Assembly (NCBI GenBank): GCA_964016885.1
Contig: OZ024750.1
Coordinates: 32,860,001-32,924,000 of the forward strand
Length of the DNA: 64,000 nt
Reading direction: 5' to 3'
Source of the DNA: Eledone cirrhosa
Taxonomy: Eukaryota
Below, one piece after another: positions 53,982 to 64,000 of this stretch. Each line of letters starts with the position of its first letter. Position 1 is the first letter of the stretch. Below the pieces are notes generated by a model that saw only the letters and a program-made list of their open reading frames with translations, made no database searches and was not told where the DNA came from. The position numbers and the translations under genes were made by a program.

Positions 53982-54252
53982 AAAGTCTGTTTCAGGTCCA
54001 GAGGCTCATCAGACTGGTATTTATCTCAGTTTCCATGATATGAAGTGACTGAGAGTAAACAACTCTCCCCCGTGACCAAGACATCAATCCATTGCAAGGT
54101 TAAACACTCAGTTATTGCTGGTACTCATTTTCAGCTGAGTATACAAGAGCAACAGGAAATGTTTTGGTCAAGAAAACAACACACAACCCAGTCCAAGAAT
54201 CAAACACTTGACATTATTATTGTAAGTCCAACATACTTACCACTAGCTCATG
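53982..54252 (-). mobile_element. Old SINE family E
   Basis: Homologous to 4843-5122. Confidence 0.65.
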
Positions 54253-55144
54253 AAGCTAGAAAAATAAAAGTTGATGAAAAAAAAAATCTAGATAGATAGA
54301 TAGAGTTCGATCAACAAGATCCCAGGCTTCATTCAATTACCAAGTGAAGTGGAACTCATCAAATTGGGCCAAGTAAACAATGTCTCCATTGGTCTTTCCT
54401 TTGCTAATACTATCTATCAGTCGCAATGGTATCTATACATTTTGTTTTGTGTATTTCAATACAAGGAATGAAAGGAATAATATTGAAAGCAAATGGAGTG
54501 TCTGAGTGAAAGAGATTCACATCAAAAACGATATTCATGAAATAAAAAATGATTAAATGAAGAAAAAACAACAGGACAAAAGAAAGCAACAAAATATTAG
54601 ACATAAAGAATGAAATAAGAAGAAGAATAGAATTGAATAAAAGAATGAAAGCAAAGAGAAAAAGAAGGACAGAATGTTAGAAAATATGAAATATGAAAGA
54701 GAAATTTGAATGAATTGAAGGAGGAAATTATCAATTTCAGAGGAGAAATGAAACAAGAAATATTTTTTGAATCTTGAGTTTAAATAAATTTACAGAAAAT
54801 AAAGAAGGAAATACATATATCAATATAAGCCAATATAGAAAAAAATAAAAAAACTGATTGGCTGGAGTGATTGGAATAAGTGGCTGGTGGTATAAATAGC
54901 TAACTGGTGAGTTGGTGTAGATATACATCAACTATAAAGATTGGCATATGGCGGCAACAGTGAGAAGTGTGTGTGGGGGGGAGGTAGGGTTCAGTTGAAT
55001 ATGTTATTTTTATTTGGACCTATGAATGTTTCTGTATGTATATCTAGCCTTCAATATATCCCCTCTCTCTCTCTCTCTTGATATATATATATATATATAT
55101 ATGAATTATATATATATAAATTATCGCTCTCCATAGCTGAATAC

Positions 55145-55662
55145 AATAAATGTAATCTGAGCTTTTCGAATATTAATAATAATATTCGATTCGTTTGCAA
55201 TTATGCAGAATTGCAGTTCTGTTTACATGCCAAGAATGAGGGGTCTCATTCTACTGACATGGCTTTAAAAAAGAGGCTGTTTGCATAATTGCAAACAAAT
55301 CGAATATCATTATTAATATTTGGCGGTGGATTGGCAGTATTGGTGGAGGGTCGGACGCCATGCTTTCCAGCATAGTTACGTCCCTTTACGAACTGAGTTC
55401 AAATCCCGCCGAGGTTGACTTTGCCTTTCATCCTTACGGGGTCTATAAAATAAAGTACCAGTAATGCACTGGGTAATTGCAGGCCTTGTGCCTAAAGTAG
55501 AAACAATTATTAATATTTGAAATCCCGCCGAGGTTAACTTTGACTTTCATCCTTACGGGGTCGATAAAATAAAGTACCAGTAATGTACTGGTTAATTGCT
55601 GGCCTTGTGCCTAAAAATAGAAACAATTATTAATATTTGAAAAACTCAGATTACATTTATTA
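55145..55662. repeat. Foldback element in (TA)n, right arm interrupted by SINE-B
   Basis: 55145-55208 pairs with 55280-55320 plus 55626-55662. Confidence 0.8.
55322..55625 (+). mobile_element. SINE family B, full length, plus a tandem 3'-half copy
   Basis: Full copy 55322-55505 and partial copy 55520-55625; ATTATTAATATTTG is repeated at all three junctions. Confidence 0.9.
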
Positions 55663-55687
55663 TATATATATATATATATATATATAT

Positions 55688-56475
55688 CATCCTCATCATC
55701 ATTATCATAATTTTATGTCCGCTTTTCCCTGCTTGCAAGGGTGGGACGGGTCCTATTCAGCTGAGCACCTCTCCACTTGTCACGTCCTTCGTCATCTCCT
55801 CCGTGAGTATCAGCGATCTGAGGTCTGCTCTCAACACATCTGCCCATGTTTTTCGTGGTCTACCTCTACTGTGTCTTCCTTCTACTGGGATTTCTTGGCA
55901 TTTCTTCACGCAGCGGTCATCCTGCATGCGCATTACATGTCCATACCATCTCAGTCTTCTCTCCTGCACACCACAACTTATCCCTCTTATACCCAGTTTC
56001 TTTCTCAACTCGTCTATGCTTGCTCGTTCACGCACATTGACACTGCACATCCAACGGAGCATGCTTGCTTCATTTCTCTTGAGCTGTCGCATATCCTCGG
56101 CAGTTGCTGCCCATGTCTCACTACCATGCAGCATCGCGCATCTCACACAGGCATCATATAACCGTCTATTCATACGCAGAGAGAAACCCTTCTTTGTCAA
56201 CAGAGGAAGCAGCTCCCTAAAGTTCTTCCAACCCAACCTTATTCTAGATACTATGGCCTTGGAACCCCCCCCCCTCCCATGCTAATCGGATCACCTAGGT
56301 ACCGGAAGCTATCAACCACTTCTATAGAATCCATCTACATTTGAAAAATGTGTCTATCACTGCGATTACTACTGCCACCTTTCCATGTACACCAACTGCA
56401 TACGTAGCTTTGCCTACCTGTTAGATCGCTTGCTATCCCACTACATCTCTTGTGTACCCAAGATCTGCATTGCGT

Positions 56476-56478
<3 letters not shown>
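55688..56478 (-). mobile_element. RTE-clade LINE 3' fragment with 3' UTR and (ATG)n tail
   Basis: CTQCRSWVHKRCSG, EVVDSFRYLGD, then GWKNFRELLPLL..LYDACVRCAMLHGSETW..RRLRWYGHVMRM..RGRPRKTW. Confidence 0.92.
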
Positions 56479-56528
<50 letters not shown>

Positions 56529-57026
56529 TTCGTTTTTGAATTTAGAATTTGTCTTGCAAGATTTCTTATCTGAAACTTGGAACAGATATTGTTTTTATTG
56601 GTAACATGACTCTCCCAAAGTATAATATATATATATATATATATGTGTATATTAAATTGTTAAACAATATTCAATGATTATGCCAATGAATGAGTTTTAC
56701 AGTAGATTGGAAGCACTCTACGGTAAAAATAATTTTCTGGAGTTATTAATATTTGAATATAATATTTTATTATTTCATTTTGTTTCTGAATTTGTTTAGC
56801 AAGATTCTATTTATTTTATTTTATTATATTAATATTTTAATATAATAAAATCTAATTGATCAAAAGAACATCTATTTTATTAATACTTATATTTTAATAT
56901 ATATATATATATGTATATAAAGAATGTTTTATGTTTATTCCCTTTCAGAAACTAATTAGTTGGAGTGAAATTTTAGTAAGTAAGTTAATTTTATAATTTT
57001 CTTATTTTACGTCTCTCATATATATG

Positions 57027-57059
<33 letters not shown>

Positions 57060-57061
57060 GT

Positions 57062-57465
57062 ATCATCATCATCATCATCAACGTTTAACGTCCGTGTTCC
57101 ACGCTTGCATGGGTTTGGACGGGGGTAGTCCCACTTGAGGCAAGAGTGATTGTCTTGCTCGCATAGGACTGTCTGGCAGGTTTTCTACAGTTGGATGCCC
57201 TTCCTAACACCAACCACATTTACAGTGTGGGTCTGGGAGGTTTTTACCGTGTTGCCTACACGGCCACATTACAGCGTGGACTGTGTGTTTTTTTGTCGTG
57301 ACACCTACACGATCTCATTTGTTTCGGCCTCGATGGCGCGGCACCAACATAACTTTACATAGAACGGGGTGGTGTGGATCGGGTGGGGGTGGTGGTGGTG
57401 GGACGGGGTGTATTTTGTTAGAGATGCCTACTGGCTGGAGTAGGTTTTACTATATATTTAGGTAA
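57062..57465 (-). mobile_element. SINE-like family C
   Basis: Matches 23795-24185. Confidence 0.8.
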
Positions 57466-57632
57466 GGCGGGTCTTCTCTGTTACTGAGTACCGCCAAAGG
57501 TCTCGGTCCAGTGACATTGTCTTGGAGAGGTGTATATATATATATATGTATATATTTATATATATTATTTATCTCTCTCTAAAGATCTGATAAAAAGCAC
57601 CAAGACCACCATGTCAAGAAAACAAACATGGT

Positions 57633-57673
<41 letters not shown>

Positions 57674-57794
57674 TACACACATATATATACATAATCATAA
57701 TTCCTTTATTCACATGAAGAAAGGACCTATAAACATCTACTTCAGACCTTTGCAATTATCCTTAGCATATATACATATATATATATATATATAA

Positions 57795-57928
57795 TTGTTT
57801 CTACTTTAGGCACAAGGCCATCAATTAACCCGTACATTACTGGTACTTTATTTTATCGACCCCGTAAGGATGAAAGGCAAAGTCAACCTCGGCGGGATTT
57901 GACCTCAGATCGTAAAGGGACGTAACTG
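57795..57928 (-). mobile_element. 5'-truncated SINE family B
   Basis: Core and tail match. Confidence 0.85.
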
Positions 57929-58021
57929 TGTGATGTGAGTTCAAATCCCACTGATGTTGACTTTGCCTTTATATATATATATAATATTAACAAATGGAAA
58001 CTAAATTTATTAAACCATATT

Positions 58022-58086
58022 TATTTCATTATACATATTTCAAGGACACCAAAGTAAATTATGGTGCACTTTCATCAGATAAAATA
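58022..58086 (-). ncRNA. Type I hammerhead ribozyme motif (same family as 27443-27508)
   Basis: UAUUUUAU CUGAUGA AAGUGCACCA-(10 nt)-UGGUGUCCUU GAAA UAUGUA UA^AUGAAAUA; flanks homologous to the 27.4-kb copy. Confidence 0.8.
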
Positions 58087-58410
58087 TAATATAGATCAGT
58101 TTTATAAACAAATATTGACATATTTGTTTATATAGATCAGTTTTATAAACAAATATTGACATATTTGTTGCATTCTTTAAGGAACCCTTAAAGAATGCAA
58201 CCATGTATATATTTATTAAAATAACAGATTAAATTTTAAGCAAAGAATCGCTGCTTTCACCCTTAATGGGATCTTCTGAAATTAACAAAGTCAATCTGTG
58301 AACACAGAAGTAAATATTTCAAAAAACGTTGCAACCAGAGGAAGACAGGAAGACGATATTTTGGTTCGTGGAAACGTTCCCTGGCAAAGGACGGGAAAAA
58401 CGAATATAAT

Positions 58411-58590
58411 TGTTTCTACTTTAGGCACAAGGCCAGCAAATACCCAGTGCATTACTGGTACTTTATTTTATCGACCCCGTAAGGATGAAAGGCAAAGTCC
58501 ACCTCAGCGGGATTTGAACTCAGACCGTAAAGGGACGTAACTATGCTGAAAAGCATGGCGTCCGACCCACTACCGATACTGCCAATTCAC
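58411..58590 (-). mobile_element. SINE family B with TSD AATATAAT
   Basis: Matches the other copies. Confidence 0.9.
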
Positions 58591-58711
58591 AATATAATAC
58601 GTCCTTATTTGGAGCTGTGAAAAACAATTACACACAAAGACAAAACCACGTTTATGGTATAAAAAACACTGTAAAGGGAAGGACACTGGACAGTGAAGAA
58701 TAGAAAAGTAG

Positions 58712-59846
58712 ATGAATGATGGTGGTGGTGGTGGGGATGGTGATGATAGTGCTGATGGTGGTGGTAATGGGGATGGTGATGGTGATGCTGATGGTGATGG
58801 TGATGGTGGTGGGGATGGTGATGGGATGGTGATGTTGCTGATAGTGGTGGGGATGTTGATGATAGTGCTGATGTTGCTGCTGATGGTGGTGATAGTGCTG
58901 ATGTTGTTGCTGATGGTGGTGGGGATGGCGGTGATAGTGCTGATGGTGGTGGTGGGGATGGTGATGATAGTGCTGATCTTGTTGCTGATGGCTGGTGGGG
59001 ATGGTGATGTTGCTGATGGTGGTGGTGGGGATGGTGATGATAGTGCTGATGTTGTTGCTGATGGTGGTGGGGGAGGGTGGCGATAGTGCTGATGGTGGTG
59101 GTGGGGATGGTGATGATAGTGCTGATGGCGGTGGGGATGGTGGTTGGGAATGGTGATGATGTTGCTGATGGTGGTAGGGATGGTGGAGGGGATGCTGATG
59201 TTGTTGTTGATGGTGGTGGGGATGGTGATGATAGTGCTGATGTTGTTGCTTATGGTGGTGGGGGATGGTGGCGATAGTGCTGATGGTGGTGGTAGTGGGG
59301 ATGGTGATGATAGTGCTGATCTTGTTGCTGATGGTGGTGGGGATGGTGATGTTGCTGATGGTGGTGGTGGGGATGGTGATGATAGTGCTGATGGTGGTGG
59401 GGATGGTGGTTGGGAATGGTGATGATAGTGCTGATGGTGGTGGGGATGGTGGTGAGAATGGTGATGGTGGTGGGGATGGTGGTGGGGATAGTAATGATAG
59501 TGCTGATGGTGGTGGGGATGGTGGTGAGGATGGTGATGATAGTGCTGATGGTGGTGGGGATGGTGGTGGGGATGGCAGTGATAGTGCTGATGGTGGTGGT
59601 GGTGATGGTGATGGTGGTGATAGTGCTGATGGTGGTGGGGATGGTGCTGGGAATGGTGATGATAGTGCTGATGGTGGTGGGGATGGTGGTGGGAATGGTG
59701 ATGATAGTGCTGATGGTGGTGGGGATGGTGGTGGGAATGGTGATGATAGTGCTGATGGTGGTGGGGATGGTGGTGGGGATGGTGATGATAGTGCTGATGG
59801 TGGTGGGGATGGTGGTGGGGATGGCAGTGATAGTGTTGTTGATGGG
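58712..59846. repeat. Compound GGT/GAT/GCT minisatellite
   Basis: Recurring GGTGATGATAGTGCTGATGGTGGTGGGGAT; explains the G/D-rich and V/M-rich ORFs. Confidence 0.93.
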
Positions 59847-60558
59847 TTGGAACTGGGACATTGAGATGAAATGAGTGATGGAAAGCAAAAGGTTACTGGA
59901 AGGTTAGATTGGAAAAAAGATTGATTGGAAATAATTTTAGACTGATCAATACAGACTTAGATTTTGTTCTACAAACTGACCATATTTCAAGTGAAATCTG
60001 CTGCATTTCAACTTAGAAAAGAAGAACTATGTGTGTATAAGAATGGACTCTCCCATCTTAAACAACTATATCATCATTGTTTAATGTCCATCTTCCACGC
60101 TAGCATGAGTAGAATGGGTCGTCCCTTTGCGAGAGATTCACAGAACTGATTTTGGCTTGGTTTCTATGGCTGGATGCCCCTCCTAACACCAACCACATTT
60201 ACAGTGTGTGCTGGGTGCTTTTTGTTGTGATACCTACATGGCCACTTTACAGTGTAGGCTGGGTAAAGTGTAAACAACTATATATGTATGACAATGGACT
60301 CTCCCATCATAAACAAATTTATATGTATAAAAATAGACTCTCCCATCACAAACAATAGGTGAACATTTAGTAAATATTATGTTATATCTTTTCATGTGTA
60401 TTTGAGTATTTAACCCTTCAATTACCAACATGACCAAAACCAGCTCTGGCTCTATGAAATGAAATCACCCATTTTACACGTTTCCAATTTAAATTAATAT
60501 CTTCCATAATTTTGTATAAGAACCTTACATTAATTTATTATCTTAGTAATGAAATAAT

Positions 60559-60737
60559 TGTTTCTACTTTTGGCACAAGGTCAGCAATTATCCCAGTGTA
60601 TTACTGGTACTTTATTTTATCAACCCCATAAGGATGAAAGGCAAAGTTAACCTCAGCGGGATTTGAACTCAGAATGGCAAGTGCCGTAACTCTATGCGTC
60701 AAAGCATGGCATCCGATCCTCTACCGATCTTGCCAAT
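60559..60737 (-). mobile_element. SINE family B with TSD ATGAAATAAT
   Basis: Core match and duplicated flanks; lies in a TTAACCCTT-starting MITE-like sequence (~60409-60846). Confidence 0.87.
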
Positions 60738-61124
60738 ATGAAATAATAATTAATAATTTTCGTAAATACCTCAAAATTCTTCATTAATTAATTGAAATAG
60801 TATTTCATTAGAAATGCAGCCATGATTAAAGCCAGGGTAAAAGGGCACACCATGATGCCAAGGTACACAGTTGGTTTAGGGGAGAACTTGCATAAATGTT
60901 TTGGGGTCACGTATCTGTGCCATACAACGCTGCACACTCCATTCGTTATACATCAGCTGTTGTACTGGTTTATGGTGTGACACCTGACATCTAGAGGGCC
61001 AGATAAGATAACAGGAAATGACATTCCTAGTCGATCATATTTCATTCTATGCAATACTTTGAGAAATACATCTGTATCTCATGTCATATATCCTGTCAAT
61101 CGATTGGTTATTGATTAGGCGATA

Positions 61125-61211
61125 CCCGCTGATAAAGCCACATATGCCGATGATGCATTGTTGCAGTGCACCCTACTGCTGCATGAAGTGTGGCCGAAAC
61201 TCAAGTCCGGG
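61125..61211 (+). ncRNA. Decayed hammerhead motif with an extended stem II
   Basis: CCCG CUGAUAA AGCCACAU..GUGUGGCC GAAA CUCAAG UC^CGGG; the deviations fit CpG decay of CUGACGA and CUCGAG. Confidence 0.55.
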
Positions 61212-61377
61212 AACTATTATAGGCACCCGTTTTACGTGTGATGTATTGAAGCGAATAACTATGTGTATACTCTGGGAATGTATCCTACATTACTTATTGA
61301 GTACGCTGAGATACAACCGGTCCTGGCATTGATAAATATGCTGGGTCCGTCAACTCCTTATTATTATATATATATAT

Positions 61378-61717
61378 GGAGGCACATGGCTTAGTGGTTA
61401 GAGCATTGGCCTTGCAATCGAAAGGTTGTGAGTTCATTTCTCAAACCGGGTGATGTGTTGTTTCCTTGAGCAAGACACTTTATTTCACATTGCTCCAGTT
61501 TACTCAGCTGTAGAAATGAGATGATAGGGACTGGGGTCCCTATCATTCCACTGCAAAGTGGTCATGTAGGTGCCACAGCAAAAAAGCACCCAGCACTCAC
61601 TGTAAATGAGGTTGGTGTTAGGAAGGGCATCCAGCTGTAGAAATCAAGGCAGAATCAGTTCCAGTCCCACCCTTGCAAGCAGGGAAAAGCGGATGTAAAA
61701 TGAAATGATGATGATGA

Positions 61718-61721
<4 letters not shown>
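61378..61721 (+). mobile_element. SINE family A, full length
   Basis: Reverse complement of 22828-23172. Confidence 0.9.
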
Positions 61722-61780
<59 letters not shown>

Positions 61781-61891
61781 TATATGGGTGTGTATGTATA
61801 AAGATATAGAGTTCAAGAAATGACAAGATAAACAGAGATGCAAAAACGTCAAAGTCTTAATAGTAACATGCTTAGGAGAAAGTAGAATAGG

Positions 61892-61927
61892 CTTTGACGT
61901 TTTGGACGTAAGTCCTTCTTCAGGAAA
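61892..61927 (-). ncRNA. Decayed minimal hammerhead motif
   Basis: CUGAAGA A GGAC-UUAC-GUCC AAAA CG UC: GAAA changed to AAAA at a CpG; short inverted copy at ~61841-61857. Confidence 0.5.
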
Positions 61928-62400
61928 TTGAGATTTCGGAGAGAAAGAGAGGAAAGGTTAGAACATTAGCGTTTTGAGGATGAAAAAGTGAGTGTGCACG
62001 TGTGTATTTTAATGTCCAACACATGCAAGCATGGTAAAGCAACAATGATGAAGAGGCTAAATAAATAGATATAAATGTAGATGTATGTGTGTGTGTGCAT
62101 GAAACCAAAATTCAATTTTAAATTCATCTAATATTTATATATGTGAAAGACATATTATTAGGTAAATGATAAATTAGTTATTAACAGAAACAAATTTTAA
62201 TTAAATGGAGAACATTCTGTCAAAAAAGATTATATAAATAGCTATTTCTATTATTCTCCTTATTAATGAATCTATCTATATATCTTTTTATCAACCTTTT
62301 TTTCTCTCTCTCTTTCACCCCCCCCCTCTCTCTCTCTTTCGCTCTCTCTCTCTCGCTATATATATACAGACAGATAGATATATACAGTGTATATATATAT

Positions 62401-62726
62401 ATATATAAGAAGAAATTAAAAGATGGTTAAAAAACTTCCATGTATTTTATTATGTGCATTTCAAAAACAAATATCATCCTGGGACGATATTTGCGTTCTC
62501 ATCCGATAAAATAGGGAGACATGATATGATGCCTAAAAAACCCTTGTGAATAAGGTAGTGTCTAGTCAACATATGATAAATAAATTTAAAAGGATATAGA
62601 AGATTGTCTCCCTATTTTATCTGATGAGAACGCAAATATCGTCCCAGGATGATATTTGTTTTTGAAATGCATATAATAAAATACATGGAACTTTTTTAAC
62701 CATCTTATAATTTCTTCTTATATATA
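62401..62726. repeat. ~120-bp inverted repeat element flanked by (TA)n
   Basis: 62401-62521 is the reverse complement of 62605-62726. Confidence 0.95.
62613..62683 (+). ncRNA. Type I hammerhead ribozyme motif
   Basis: UAUUUUAU CUGAUGA GAACGCAAAUAUCGUCC-CA-GGAUGAUAUUUGUUUUU GAAA UGCAUA UA^AUAAAAUA; perfect 8-bp stem I. Confidence 0.85.
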
Positions 62727-62805
62727 CTCCAGTCCAATAAACTGTTGAGTGCTACTTATCCAATATTTGCATTGCTTTATTGTTCTACAATAAAACTCAC
62801 CTCCT

Positions 62806-62897
<92 letters not shown>

Positions 62898-63374
62898 AGT
62901 GAGGTTTTTTTTACAAATTGAAAAATAACCGAGGTGTCCAGTTGCATTTTCGATTTCATCTTTTTTTCTTTATATATATAACACATGCTAGCATGGAAGA
63001 TGGACGTTAAATGAAGATGATAATGATGATGACACTCTATATAACTATCTGTCTGTCAGTCAATTTATCTTTCTGTATATACAGACACACACATATATAG
63101 GGGGGGGGGGGGGGCAGGCGTCTGTGTGGGCGTACGTGTGTATTATATATGCATCCTACATAAATTTACTATGTTTACCGAATAAGATATATACACAACT
63201 TCTGATAAAACATTTATTTATTTATGTATGTATGATTGTTTTTAGGTGTGTGTACATATGCATATTTGTAAGGATGCATGTATGTAAGAAGGTGTGCATG
63301 TATATATGCGGATGCATTTAGGTGTATTTTCATGATGTGAATATAATAATATATTTATAATTGTTTACATATGA

Positions 63375-63383
63375 ATATATATT

Positions 63384-63418
<35 letters not shown>

Positions 63419-63421
63419 ATT

Positions 63422-63506
<85 letters not shown>

Positions 63507-63507
63507 T

Positions 63508-63538
<31 letters not shown>

Positions 63539-63587
63539 ATTTATATATATATATATATTTATATATATATTTATATATATATATATT

Positions 63588-63621
<34 letters not shown>

Positions 63622-63677
63622 TATATATATATATATTTATATATATATATTTATATATATATATATTTATATATATT

Positions 63678-63711
<34 letters not shown>

Positions 63712-63735
63712 CATATATTTATATATATATATATT

Positions 63736-63824
<89 letters not shown>

Positions 63825-63827
63825 ATT

Positions 63828-63858
<31 letters not shown>

Positions 63859-63887
63859 TTATATATATATATATTTATATATATATT

Positions 63888-63938
<51 letters not shown>

Positions 63939-63957
63939 ATTTATATATATATATATT

Positions 63958-63992
<35 letters not shown>

Positions 63993-64000
63993 ATTTATAT
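63375..64000. repeat. (TA)n array with regular TTT interruptions, runs off the window end
   Basis: Seen directly. Confidence 0.97.

Noticed and set aside
58712-59888. Gly/Asp-rich and Thr/Ile-rich ORFs
   Set aside because: Compound minisatellite with frameshifts.

Overview
AT-rich, repeat-saturated eukaryotic (animal) DNA. The repeat repertoire (tRNA/CORE SINEs, RTE LINEs, dense (TA)n, (ATG)n and (CA)n tracts) fits an octopod cephalopod, but that is inference. I find no intact protein-coding gene: the long ORFs come from GAT/GGT/CA/TA repeats or from broken transposons. Contents: a ~19.7 kb composite (GAT)n satellite at 27.7-47.5 kb, several minisatellites, at least five SINE-like families, three RTE-clade LINE remnants, an internally deleted Helitron with both termini, putative hAT, piggyBac and Tc1 MITEs, and two candidate minus-strand first exons. 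The main signal not shown by the ORF track is a dense set of type I hammerhead-ribozyme motifs (CUGANGA-stem II-GAAA-short, usually palindromic helix III-UH). About 7 have intact cores and about 9 are decayed. They sit in short non-coding elements in or beside (TA)n tracts, often as inverted repeats and once as a terminally redundant 240-bp unit. They resemble Penelope pLTR or retrozyme-like elements, and the long-stem-II class shares a pyrimidine mismatch at position 4 of stem II. All alignments and folds were done by eye.
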